The notes beneath the pieces were generated by a model. The model saw only the letters and a list, made by a program, of their open reading frames with translations, did not search any database and was not told the origin of the DNA. 64,000 bases of DNA, from assembly GCA_026026165.1 (NCBI GenBank), contig JAPEUD010000075.1:1-64000 (forward strand), read 5' to 3'. Of the stretch, positions 1-11,463 are shown piece by piece; the first letter of the stretch is position 1, and the number at the start of each line of letters is the position of its first letter. The stretch comes from Sarea resinae. Lineage: Eukaryota. Position numbers and translations under genes: made by a program.

Positions 1-166
1 GAACCGGGCGATGCATGGGCCGCGTTGACCAGATAGTTGGTCGGCGACATTTCGGACAACGGGGTCCCTTTCCTGGGTGGGGTCAAGTCAACGATGAAAT
101 CCATGATAACTTACTGAAATACTCAGACCCGCAACGGCCGTCTACTGTGCTGAAAATGATAACACG

Positions 167-210
167 AAGAGAAACAAGAGAAACAAGAGAAACAAGAGAA
201 ACAAGAGAAC
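167..210. repeat. 9-bp tandem repeat (AAGAGAAAC) x ~5
   Basis: Four exact units 167-202 plus a variant AAGAGAAC at 203-210. Confidence 0.9.
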
Positions 211-1096
211 ACAACAGGCACAATAGTGGCGGTACTGGATCAGATAGAGCAATCGTTGGAAGGGGAATGAAGATGATTATCACAAGTTGAACGAGATGGC
301 AGACGAATACACTGGCACGGAAGAAATCATCGTTAATGACACTCACCTGTGGGTATGGTTGTTTTGATGGTCGAGGCCTCAAATGAGGCAGGAGCGGTGG
401 ATAGTACTCAGCTACTACCTGTTGGGTAGGCACGACACCTTTGGAAAGTGTGAGGTGAGGTGAGGAAAGTTCGAGAGATGAGGTTGAGAAGCGGAAGGAG
501 CGCCTACAGCTCGAGACGTCTCCAGCGCTCCATATGGGGAAGGGGGTACGCTAATATGAACAATCCAAGGCGCTTGACCTACTACGCTCTACATCCTGTG
601 ACATACGTGAATAACTCATTCACTCGATCCTTCTATTAGGTGGATTCGAAATGGTTCTCTGAGTCATACATATGTAGTCATTGAAGGTAGGTATCTAACT
701 GCACGTCCAATGTAACTACCTACCTACCCACCCAGGTAGCAGTTGATTACTATAGACGATTCAATGAATGTTGCAGTGGATCCTTCCCTACTATCTATTG
801 CTAGAGGATTGGGAATCAAGTCGGGAGGTGGGAGAAATGCTGTCTCTACAGATATGTGGGTGGATGAGTAGGCAGGTAGGTAGGCAGTAGGGGATCCGGT
901 CCCGCAACGTAAAGATAGCCATTGATTGCTACTCAGAGTGCGAGAAGGATCTCCTCCTGGTCTCTCAGAAACGGAGCCAGACAGAAAACGAGGAGGGAGA
1001 TTTGATGTGAAAATATGGACATATGGACAATGCGCCCTCCTTTAGCCCAACGCCGTAAGATATGAAATAATTGCCACCGTAATGTCATGATTTTCT

Positions 1097-2563
1097 CTAC
1101 TTCCCATTCCCCATCAGCTCGACCCCAGACCTCAGGACCCCGACCACCCCGCCCGTCTGCACGGCTTCCCCACCCCCACCACTCAGCCTCCACTCGACGT
1201 CAGCGAGGCCTTCTAACCAGGCCACACGCACATGCGCTGGCACATTCAGGGTGCCTAGTTCTTCGGAGAGGGCTGTGATGATGTCGGCGAGGGCGAGGCC
1301 GTGCGTTGTTTTCGTTTGGGTGAGAAGATGCAGGTTCGAGGTCGTGCTGGGCGTGGACAGGAGGGACTTGGTGAGGTTGGAGATCAGCTGAGGTGGTGGC
1401 TGCGCGATGGTGGTGTAGATCTGGTCGGGGGTTATGGTTTCGGTTTGAGTTGGGGTCGGGGCGGTAGGGGCATTGGCTTTTGTGGGATCGGAGGGGGCTT
1501 TGAGGGGCGTGCCTGTAGCCGTTTTGGTTAGTCTCCGAAGCAGGAAGATGTTAGAGGGATAAGAGTTGAGATAGAGACATACCCCCAGCGACGCAAGCTT
1601 GCAAAACATTCAAAGCCCGTCTCATATCGCCCCTCGCCAACCTGACTAACGCATCCACTGCCTCGGGCTCAATCTTAACATCCTCCTTCTCAATCACCAC
1701 ATCTACCAGTCTTCGAATATCAACCTCTTTGAGAGGCGAAAACCGGAACCGCGTACAACGTGAGAGAAGTGCAGGCGACAGCTTGTGCGTGTAGTTGGCG
1801 ATGACGCAGAAGCGAGTGTTGGCGGTGTATTTCTCCATGATGCGGCGCAACGCCATCTGTGCCGTCGCTGTCATGGCATCCGCTTCGTCGAGGATGATGA
1901 GCTTATAGGTTGCAAGGGATTGCGAAGACGTGGAGAGTGACGGGTCTTTTGCGGAGGCGAAGATCTGTTTCGTGCCTGGGGAAAATGTCAACCAGGTGGG
2001 AAAGATGCCGATTCAAGAAGAAACTGACTGGCAAATGTCTTGATCTGCTCCCGCACAACGTCTATACCACGGTCATCACTAGCGTTCAGTTCAAGCACCA
2101 TCTGCCGCATGTTTTTGTTCCCGTAGATGCGACGAGCCAAGGCTAATATCGTCGACGTCTTGCCCGTTCCTGGTGGTCCATAGAGAAGTAGATGAGGGAG
2201 TCGCTGTTGGACTTAGCGCATGGTACAGTTTTGAGGAGCAAAAAACCCACATTTGATTCTACGAATTTGTTGATAGTGGCTAGGATATCTTGGTGGCCGG
2301 AGACGTCGTCAAGGGTTTCGGGACGGTATTTCTCGACCCTGCATGCAGAAGATTAGTAATTGCATACCAAATGGCATTTCTTCGAATTTGATTGCTTCAA
2401 TCACGAAGACGGTGGAGATATACCAAGGCAGACTGTCTTCTGCCTCTACGGGCAGATTAGCGGCGCTGCGTTTTCCTTTGCGGCTGGTGTTGTCGGAACT
2501 GAACATGATAGTATCTTTGACGACGGGCGCATCCACATCCATTTCCTCATCAATGTCCGACAT
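1097..2563 (-). CDS. RFC3: Replication factor C small subunit (yeast Rfc3 / human RFC5 type), 5 exons
   Basis: Spliced by eye: MSDIDEEM...SLPW|VEKYRP...|[16 protein letters not shown] (Walker A), [31 protein letters not shown] (Walker B), SRC motif ([10 protein letters not shown]), [11 protein letters not shown]. Introns include 2339-2423 and 2204-2250; stop at 1097. Confidence 0.93.
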
Positions 2564-2844
2564 GGTGGCGGGTCTGATTTTTATGCGCTGTTTCGCCTTC
2601 AATCTTCTGTCTTCCAGTCCTGATAACACTGTGTGCTGGGGAGACGCGATCGAAACCGCGACTCGCGTCAAATTGATGATGCGAAGCCCTGTTACCCGGC
2701 GCGGCCCATCAGCCGCGCGGGACCCCAGCAATCGATATTCACTCAATCTAGCCCTACGTAACCGCAATCGGAACGACACCACTTCTTCTCAACACCATCG
2801 CCTCGATCACCACCGCTGCTCTCTGCGTCACACGAGCAGCCGAT
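2564..2844. promoter_or_regulatory. Compact bidirectional promoter RFC3/ARC18 with MCB-like CGCG elements
   Basis: 281 bp between divergent ATGs; ACGCGA at 2644-2649, TCGCGT at 2663-2668, further CGCG cores nearby. Confidence 0.45.
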
Positions 2845-3814
2845 ATGCCTGTAGGTCTTTTCATCTTCAGCTACAAGCCTGGCCATCAATTGACCCAAAG
2901 CTAATAATTTCCTCAAGGCATATCATTCCATCTTCCTCCAGGACCGCGATGTCCGCGTAATCGGTCTGTTCAGCCCATCCCGGCATCAACCCCTCTCTCT
3001 ATCTCCGCCACTCCTAGCTGACTCCTCTGCGCATAGGCAATTTTGCGCTGCTCCCCCTCCGCACTAAAACCCGCGGTCCGGCCTACCCACTTCCTCCCCT
3101 CCCCTCCGGCACCAGCGATCTGGACGTCGACCCGGACGGTGAAAGCTACGACCCCCTGGACGAGGTACTGTCGTTGTTCCGCGCGAACACGTTTTTTCGA
3201 AATTTCGAAATCAAGGGCCCAGCAGACCGTTTGTTGATCTATGGGATATTGTTTGTGAGCGAATGTCTGGGGAAGATTAAGCCGACGATGTCGTTGAGGG
3301 AGGCTGAGAAGGTACGTTGCTTGGCTTGTGTGCGGGGCTTAAAGGAATTCCTTCTCTCTTGTGGAGACAGGCAGCTTTTTCAAGGATCCTAGGGGTTGTG
3401 GACTTTTGGGCTGGACGTACCAGAATGAAGAGGGCTAATGTGTTCCAATGCGCAGGCGGTCATGAATACGGCACTGGACAACAACTTCGCCATCCCGGGT
3501 GATGCGTCATTTCCATTGAATCAAGCATTCGAAGCACCAAAAGACAGAAACGACGGCGAGACATTGAGACAGTACGTCGTCCTTTAGGCGATATCACAAG
3601 GCTATTTGATCGAGCGCTAAGACTACATCTAGATACATGTCGCAAGTCCGTCAGGAGCTTGCCGTGAGATTGTTGGCGCGGGTATATGCGGGTGGCAATA
3701 CGCCCTCAAAGGTGAGTCGCGCTGTTTGCTTCCAAGAGATCATCCAGCGCTCATGATATCTTACAGTGGTGGTTGAGCTTTACCAAGAGAAAGTTCATGG
3801 GAAAATCTCTGTAG
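2845..3814 (+). CDS. ARC18: Arp2/3 complex 21 kDa subunit (ARPC3), 6 exons
   Basis: MP|AYHSIFL...G|NFALLPLRTKTRGPAY...LFRANTFFRNFEIKGPADRLLIYGILF...|FAIPGDASFPLN...LRQ|YMSQVRQELA...PSK|WWLSFTKRKFMGKSL*. First exon is only 6 nt (2845-2850). Confidence 0.95.
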
Positions 3815-3977
3815 ATGGCCTTCAAATAGCTTTTCAATATTCATGTCCAAGTTCATTCGATTAATCGAGAAAGACACCTGTGCCACAAAACGTGCGAGGG
3901 GAGTTGCTGGCTCTTATGTTTCTTTGGCGTAGGTTCCCATCTGTGGTTTGTGAATGTAAGCATGTCTGGATTACTCC

Positions 3978-5825
3978 TCAATCATCAGTCGTCTCTATCT
4001 TTACACCGACGGGTGTACCAATTCCATCGACAGGGGTCGACTGCTCCTTCTTAGATGAAACATCCTCTTCCTTGGCCGTCTTCCGTCTTTTGAACTTCCC
4101 ACGGGCCTCAACCTTCCCCTCTGCAGGTAGTACCCTTAGAGCGTGAAACAAATAACCCTCAGCACCTCCCTTTCCCGTCATCATGGGGTGGGTCCGACCC
4201 GGTAGCACCTGCCAATTTCTGACTCTCGCCGTCTGCACCGTCGTCCCAAGCAGCAGCGTAGGATTGACTGGAAAATCCTCATTCGGTAGGTCCCTCGAGT
4301 CGGGCACATCAGAAACAAAGGCCGCGCGTCTCGCGGTCGAATACAGATCCGCGAGTTCGGCCAGCGGCTCCACGGTGGGCGAATATACGACCACGGGCGC
4401 GCCGCCACGTAGAAGAGGGACAGCTGTGTGGAGAATCGACGCAGGATTCATGACACTAGCCACAATGAGGCCATCAAAACCGCCCGCTCGGGTTTCCTCG
4501 ATTACGTTTTTGATGCGCTCCCAGCGGCGGCGTTTGCGAAAGTAGGTCCCCCGTTTGCCGCTTTTGTAGGTTTTTAATATTTCTTCGGGGACCACTTCTG
4601 GCTCGGCGTAGCCCGTGTCATCTTCTGGGGAGAGCAGTTGGAGCCATGACAGGGTTTTCAGATGAGTGTGAAGGGGGTGGGAGGGTTTGGGATCGCTGGG
4701 GTCGAAGAGGAAGTATTTGAGGAGGGAAAGGTTTGGTTGTGAATTGGCGTGTATGAGAGTCAGAGAATTCGTCGGTGCAGACATGCCGAGGACGCGACGG
4801 TGCTGCTGTTGGTGGGTGGTCTGAGATGCATCTTGAGAAGTCGCACATGGTTCATGACCGTCTGACTCTGGCTGTGGTGGATTCGAGTGTTGCTGGTCCG
4901 CCGAATTCGATTCTCGATCATCGAATTCGTCGTCTGATGGCGAAAGTATCCCCATGCGCTCGGCCATAGCTGCCACCACGAGTCCACCTGTCTCGTCAAC
5001 GATCAACCATCTCCCTCCACTGATCTTCCCAACTCCGTCATCTGTGGGATAAGTGGTATTATCACCACCGTAATGGATATTCGCCCAGCTGCCCACAAGG
5101 GAAAGCATTTCCTCTCTCAACTCCATGACCTTCATTGGCTCTCTCTCATTCAGCAGCCAGCGCGTCAACAGCGGAACGTCCACGGGTAGCACGGTAAATC
5201 GTCGCATATACTTCCGTGACTTTCGCAGCGTGTATTTTGCCAGCGAGTAGGAGGTCTTTTGGTCCAATCCGGAGTGCGACAGCATGAGCTTCGCAATGAG
5301 GTCCTTCCCCGCCCCCGTTCCCTCCTTCTTCAGAGCCTCGATCTCGTCCATCGTCATCTTTTGCCGACTGGGATCGTCGATGGTCTGGCGATTGGTGCGC
5401 ATGACCACCTCCCCGTTCTCCCCTACCAGCTCGTACTCGACGCCGTCTCCTTCGCTGGCTATGGTACTCTCTGTCGCATCCGCTGGTGTCGCATCATTAT
5501 TATCGAGTGACTCGCCGTGAAGCTCGGATGCTGGAACGATGCGTAAGGCAGCATAGTCCTCCCCTTCGGCCTTGTCGAGGATCTCGAACGTGAGATGGTA
5601 CGGCCGACCTAAGAGTAGATTGGCTTGGAAGGAGCCATATTTGCCAATGGAGATGGTTCTGATCCTTCAACGTCAGCCAGACATAGTGGGAAACGAGACG
5701 GGAGCCAGTTGAGAACGCTCACTCAATCACTGCACTTACGTGTTAGGCAGGATCTGGATGACCTTGAGTTGCTCCGAGGGAAGACGCAAAGCGACGTAGG
5801 CTTTGGGGCAAATGCAGGCATGCAT
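3978..5825 (-). CDS. TRM6: tRNA (adenine58-N1)-methyltransferase non-catalytic subunit, 2 exons
   Basis: MHACICPKAYVALRLPS...PNT|TISIGKYGSFQANLLLGRPYHLTFEI, SHSGLDQKTSYSLAKYTLRKSRKY, LIVDETGGLVVAAMAERMG, C-terminal WQVLPGRTHPMM..G.GY; all typical of Gcd10/Trm6. Confidence 0.92.
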
Positions 5826-6806
5826 CCTGTCGTTTCGCCGATCGTAAAGTGTACTCGCTATGGCAACCTCTCCTCATCCATTGATATCTCTTGCCGTTGC
5901 AAAGCGCACCGAGTGGATGGACAGTGAACGGTGGTGGGGGTTCTAACCGCAAAAGAAGGTTTGAAGCTTTTCGATACCTAAGGTAAGGTAGGTATGCAAA
6001 GTAAGAGGGTTGGATCGTGGAGATTAGATATGATCATGGCAATCTAATCTATCCATCTTCACTCTTGTCCTGTCTGACTGCGCCACCGGTGGCGTCCGAC
6101 CCGAGAAGTCCTCTGGAGTTTTCCCTATTAGGACGATCTCGACAGAGGAGAAAGGGGAAACGGCGAATATCGACGATTATTGTCATACCTGGGCAGTCAG
6201 CGATACGGATGGCCGCCCAGTTGATGCAACTTTCGTCATGGCTGTGGCTGTGCGGAGTAGGTATGAAGTACTCCGTACCTCAGTTGGGGGTTCTCGCATA
6301 GCCGACACGCAAGCCTCCGCCCATATCAACAGTCCGGTATCGAACTGGCACACCAAGTCGACTCTACTGGAATCATCTCAGCTGCCATGTTTCTTCACAT
6401 CTGGCAATATCCTACGATTCATCTTTTCTGATATCCATGTAGACCTTCATTCCTTCTTCGCCCACCTACAACCCTCATCGAAACGAGCATATCTCGCTTC
6501 CAAAGTCCGCAGGAACAGAACCGATCTACAGTCTTGATTGCATCATCCAGTGCTCTCCGCTCCGTGCCACTTCGACTATCAGCCTCGCCGTTCAGCCTCG
6601 ACCGCAACCTCCACCGGATGGAACTGGAACCTTCACTATTGCCATTTCTGCTTCCTGACTAGAACGCCTATAACTGCGGAGCGGATTTCCCTCTTCCTTC
6701 AGACTGATTTCTTATTGCTACCTGAGAAAGCAGCTTTCTCGATTGATGTACCAAGTAAGCTTCGACGGTCTTTGTCTGAGATCATAGAAAGACGAACTGG
6801 TTCGCA

Positions 6807-9791
6807 ATGGTCCTCCGAAAGCCAGTACCCCCGAATACCTTGATCACCCCCAAGCAGCAAGAACTCGAAAACCTACCATATCCCGTCACGCCAACATCTC
6901 CTGGCCAGACAACACCACAAGATGACTCCAAAGATTCTGACGAGGTCTACTCTCCGAGTCTGCATCATTCACCGGCCTTCAATCTCAGCAACTTGAGCAA
7001 AGTCCAATTATCAATGAGGGAGGGCGGAATGGAAGGCAAAGGTAAAGCGCCCGCGGGCGCGGAGCATAAATCTCGGGAAGAGCTTCCCGAGTCTCTAAGA
7101 GTCGGCCAAGGGTTATCGCGTGATGACGCACCACAAGAGCAACGGCTACCAGAATCGCTCCGTGTAGGACCGCCAGAGGGGACGCCAAGACGGTCTCCCG
7201 ACGGAGAAGCATCATACACTGGCGACCGCTCGAACAGCCACAGCCCGAGAAGAATGGGGCAGAATGCGGAACAGCCCCCTGATGCCCCAAGTAGCACATC
7301 CTCGTGGGATAATCAATCGAACGATTCGATGCACTCATCTCCAGCGGCGCACCCCGTCACTTCTGAACTGGAGGAATTACCAGCGCAATCGACTAATACT
7401 TTCAATACATCCAATCCTGCACCACCTTCCAGTCAGCGCCCACGCCCGCCAATCCCTTCCAATCAGCCTCCTCCTGTTCCATCGAATCAGCCTCCCGCAA
7501 TACCCAATCCTCCAGAGCCAGAACCAACGCACCACGATTTAGAGTTGAGGAATTTCCAAAGTGTATGGAGCGAGGAAAGTCAAGAGGATCAGGAGATGGG
7601 GGTGATAAGAGTCGGATTGGGACGAGCAGAACTGGATGGACATCCCCAGATCGCCGAGGAGGTATGGCACGTCGGTGACCCAAGCGCGTTGCGGAGCCCA
7701 CCAATGCTGGGTCGCAGTCTTCCCGAAGCAATTACTGTAGACCGACCAGAGGATGATCCAGCACATCCTCTATCACATCCACCGGAGGATGAGCCCGCCC
7801 CTCCATTACCGCCTCAAGAACAGATTGAAGAGGAAAGGCCTCCTGTTCCTCCCCGACCAGAGACACCTCCACTGCCTCCTCGGCCACAGACACCTCCAAT
7901 GCCTCCTCGGCCGGACAATTCTCTCGAGAATAATGAATCACAAACTCACGCAAATGCCGAAGAAAATGAAGCAAGGATCAAGAAGCAAAGAAGTGAGACC
8001 TATCAGATCAGGCAAATTAATTGGCACGATTTTACATCACCTCAAAACCCCCGTCGTTCACCAATCTTGGTCCAGAATGCGAACGGTCCTTGTCCTCTTC
8101 TCGCTCTCGTCAATGCACTGGTGCTAACAACACCACACGGGGTAGAAACAGCCCTCGTCGAAACTCTACGAGTGCGAGAGCAGGTCAGCCTTGGGTTGCT
8201 ACTAGATGCCGTGTTTGATGAACTCATCTCTGGACGCCGAAGCGACTCAACTAAGGCGCTACCCGACGTGGCGGATTTGTACGCCTTCTTACTAACATTG
8301 CACACGGGAATGAACGTCAATCCACGATTCGTCCCGCCGGAAATTCCGAATCTTCTTGACCTATCAGAGTCGGAATTATCTCAATCGGTATCGGCCAAGG
8401 ATCAGGCGGGAGGTTTTGAGGAGACGCGAGAAATGCGTCTATACAGCACCTTCGCTATACCACTCGTTCATGGCTGGATACCTTCCAAAGAAGACCCCGC
8501 ATTTTCATCCCTGCAAAGATCTGCTAAGACTTATGAGGATGCGCAGAACGTTTTGTTCCGCGAGGAGGAGCTTGAAAGTAAGCTGCAGAGGAACGGACTT
8601 ACGCCAAACGAGCAGCGCTTGTTCGAGGACATAGCTGCCATCCAATACTTCCTTGTCCAAACAGCGACTCAGCTTACTCACCATGGCTTGGAGACTATCA
8701 GACGGTCATTGTCTCCCGGCTCGATTGCCATCTTGTTCCGCAATGATCATTTCAGCACCTTATACAAGCACCCGCAAACAAACCAGCTACTGACGTTAGT
8801 AACCGATGCTGGTTATGCAACTCATGATGAGGTGGTTTGGGAGAGTCTGGAAGACATTACAGGCGAAAGATCTGCTTTCTATTCTGGTGATTTCAGGGCT
8901 GTGGGACATGAAGCTCCATCTCAAGGAGGCACTTCAGGGTCAAGCCATGCGGAGACTTCTCCAACAGATGGGGAGGGCTGGACTACAGTCCATAGAAGCA
9001 ATCAGCAAGGGAGACCAACACCGGGCACATCCGGCGTAGCCAGCCCCAGCAACTCGCAAAGTCCCAGCGTGGGGAGCATAGCAGACCGGCTCAGTCATGC
9101 CACCGTCGATGATCCCGACTTAGCTATGCCTCGCACTACCAGCGCCGAACAAGAAGATCGTGACCTAGCCTTGGCTCTCCAACTCCAAGAAGAAGAGGAA
9201 GACCGCCACCGCCGCGACCAAGCTGCTCGTCGTCGCGAAGAAACTCTGTCCCGGCAGTTTCTCTCTCAAGAATCAGGCACCAATAACAACAACCTCTCTC
9301 AGTCCCATCCATCATCTCGTAACAGCAACAACAACAATCAGAACGCCTCTTCTCCAAACTCTTCTTCCCCCCGCCCTCTTGTCCCACCCCGTCACACAAG
9401 CTCAAACGAAGAGGATGCTCCTCCTCCTTCGTACGAGCAGGCGGCGACTTTGCGTCCTTATAATCCACCTCCCGATCACCCCGCTCATTCACCCCGTCCC
9501 GACAATGGCATGAGCCACACTACCATCCCTGTCCGGCACGCCCGCAATTCAAGCGCATACTCTCAGAATGGCACCCCTTTTTTTGGAGGCCCCTCGACGC
9601 ATCAGACCGCACCCCCACAGCAAAGACGAAGGAGTAGTGCGAGATTGGCTGTCACACCCTCACAGACTTTGATCGATCGTATTCCTTCTAGCGCGAGTGC
9701 AGGCCCTGGAGGACGGAGGCCGAGTGGAGCCGTTCCTACGTCCGCGCTGGCGGAGGAAGATCCTAGGAGGGGTGATTGCGTCGTCATGTAA
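6807..9791 (+). CDS. MIY1: MINDY-family (DUF544) K48 deubiquitinase, 994 aa, with C-terminal CaaX
   Basis: QNANGPCPLLAL (oxyanion Gln and catalytic Cys), FRNDHFSTLYK (catalytic His), LVTDAGYA...VVWESL, MIU-like EQEDRDLALALQLQEEE, PPPSY motif, ends CVVM*; intronless ORF. Confidence 0.9.
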   Translation: MVLRKPVPPNTLITPKQQELENLPYPVTPTSPGQTTPQDDSKDSDEVYSPSLHHSPAFNLSNLSKVQLSMREGGMEGKGKAPAGAEHKSREELPESLRVGQGLSRDDAPQEQRLPESLRVGPPEGTPRRSPDGEASYTGDRSNSHSPRRMGQNAEQPPDAPSSTSSWDNQSNDSMHSSPAAHPVTSELEELPAQSTNTFNTSNPAPPSSQRPRPPIPSNQPPPVPSNQPPAIPNPPEPEPTHHDLELRNFQSVWSEESQEDQEMGVIRVGLGRAELDGHPQIAEEVWHVGDPSALRSPPMLGRSLPEAITVDRPEDDPAHPLSHPPEDEPAPPLPPQEQIEEERPPVPPRPETPPLPPRPQTPPMPPRPDNSLENNESQTHANAEENEARIKKQRSETYQIRQINWHDFTSPQNPRRSPILVQNANGPCPLLALVNALVLTTPHGVETALVETLRVREQVSLGLLLDAVFDELISGRRSDSTKALPDVADLYAFLLTLHTGMNVNPRFVPPEIPNLLDLSESELSQSVSAKDQAGGFEETREMRLYSTFAIPLVHGWIPSKEDPAFSSLQRSAKTYEDAQNVLFREEELESKLQRNGLTPNEQRLFEDIAAIQYFLVQTATQLTHHGLETIRRSLSPGSIAILFRNDHFSTLYKHPQTNQLLTLVTDAGYATHDEVVWESLEDITGERSAFYSGDFRAVGHEAPSQGGTSGSSHAETSPTDGEGWTTVHRSNQQGRPTPGTSGVASPSNSQSPSVGSIADRLSHATVDDPDLAMPRTTSAEQEDRDLALALQLQEEEEDRHRRDQAARRREETLSRQFLSQESGTNNNNLSQSHPSSRNSNNNNQNASSPNSSSPRPLVPPRHTSSNEEDAPPPSYEQAATLRPYNPPPDHPAHSPRPDNGMSHTTIPVRHARNSSAYSQNGTPFFGGPSTHQTAPPQQRRRSSARLAVTPSQTLIDRIPSSASAGPGGRRPSGAVPTSALAEEDPRRGDCVVM

Positions 9792-11422
9792 TTTATGGGC
9801 GTTGTCGTCTGGTGTTTGGTCTGAGGATGGGTAAATCTGGCACTTCATGAACAAGATGGGTTTGCTGACGATGTGACAACCTTTTGTCGTTCTATTCTTT
9901 TCTCTACAATTCTTCTTACGCGATTCCTCGTTCCTTTGGAATCTCTTCCATATGAGCAACTTAGATACCTGACTGAGCACTTTATTCGACGTTAAAGTTG
10001 ACTTAATCGAATGCATATATGATCACGATCTACATGTTGTGGCTTGTTGCTGGAATTTGTTTATGATACTGACTCTATGCTATCCAGCTTACTCGGCTTA
10101 GTTTGCCATCACGGGCGTGATGGTGTTGCTTGATTGTAGCGTGTGGTTTGTGCCGGAATACCAAAAGTTGCGCTGCAGGCTGTGGTAACCCTGTGGGTGA
10201 GTAGGTGATTGTTCGACGATATTTCAAGAGGATGATCACCAAGATTCGATTCCGGTACACTCTCGGGCCTTGGATTTCTCACTTTCGAACAGCCCCGGAG
10301 CACGATATCATTCCGTTGAGCTTTTTACACGTCATGACCGATTTTGAACTTTACAGCGTATATCTACCCGCATTTGCACGGAGATAATTTAGACCATCTG
10401 CAGTTTAGGTGTTTGTCATATTATGACCCTACTACTGACTTCTCTACTGGCTTCTCCGTTCTACAATCTGTTGAAGCTATGCTATGCATACTCTCCACTC
10501 TCCTCGAATTCACCACTTCTCCTGAAGCTAGGACTGACAGCTTGCCCGTGCTGCTGTAGCGTGGGGCGGGGCGCTGGGGATGGAACACCTCCAAGGTAGG
10601 GCTTCACGGATCACGTTCAGGCCACCCTCCATAAAATCACATGACCGAATCCGCTACCCACTGCGTCCGCCCAGCGCGGGCGCGCGGGCGCGAGGGCGCG
10701 GGCTCTTATGTGTGTCTCACCCATTCCGGCATCGTTCCCTTGGCCAAGATGGCTGGGCGGCGAACTCGCCCTGGTCCGGGACCGACGATGATGGATGGGA
10801 AGGGATGGGATAGGATGGCAGGCCCCGCAAGGGTTTCGCACGAGAGCCAGTCGGAAGGCCGCACGCTTACCCCCGTTACCCCCGAGCCAGCGGTACTCTA
10901 CTAGAGTATGTAGGTAGCGGTCGGACACGCCCTCGGACCCCCCTCCCGCCCGCTACGATGGAGGGACTGAGGACCCTGGGACCCTCTCGCTAGGGAGTAC
11001 GAACTATTTACCGAGGGCGCTGGGGACTTGGGAAGTTGGGAAGATTCGTCGAGAGAGACAGAGAGGGAGGGGACGTTGGTGGTGGTGCTTCATGTAAGGT
11101 ATCGCCCATTGGGACAGGCAAGATCAATTGTTTTGGATCGCAGAAGGCAAGCAAGGACCAGGGCCGAATGGATCAAAGCAATCATGAGCATTTCCGAGGA
11201 GAAGCATGGGACAGGAACTGCCGCGCCGCAGAAGATGCGCAAGATCCAACATACGGATAACAAGAGGGGCGTCGCAAATGACTTATCCGCAGATCCTGCA
11301 GTTCATGTATGGAAGACTGTTTCGGAAGGCGGGCGGGCGTTGCCTGGTGGGTTGTTGCGTCCGTGGGCTGCAGAGCCAGATGCAGATGCAGATGCAAATG
11401 CATAGACGGTGAGGGCCCGCTG

Positions 11423-11425
<3 letters not shown>

Positions 11426-11461
<36 letters not shown>
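11426..11461. repeat. (AG)18 microsatellite
   Basis: Directly visible. Confidence 0.95.

Positions 11462-11463
<2 letters not shown>

Noticed and set aside
1..440. Possible 5' end of a minus-strand gene (ATG at 50, MSPTNYLVNAAHASPG..., with splice-like signals at 114/73 and ~346)
   Set aside because: Only 16 codons visible, the implied intron is just 42 nt and the product is unrecognisable; cannot be supported within the window.
10797..10883. SRP RNA S-domain resemblance (GNRA hairpin followed by CAGTC-GGAA-GGC-CGCA)
   Set aside because: The 5' CAGG strand of the helix-8 symmetric loop is missing and no Alu domain or Pol III terminator fits.
10914..11019. HDV-like ribozyme (crossing stems GTAGCGG/CCGCTAC and CGCCCTCGG/CCGAGGGCG)
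   Set aside because: No valid P3/L3, and the CGAA lies too far from the P2 3' strand.
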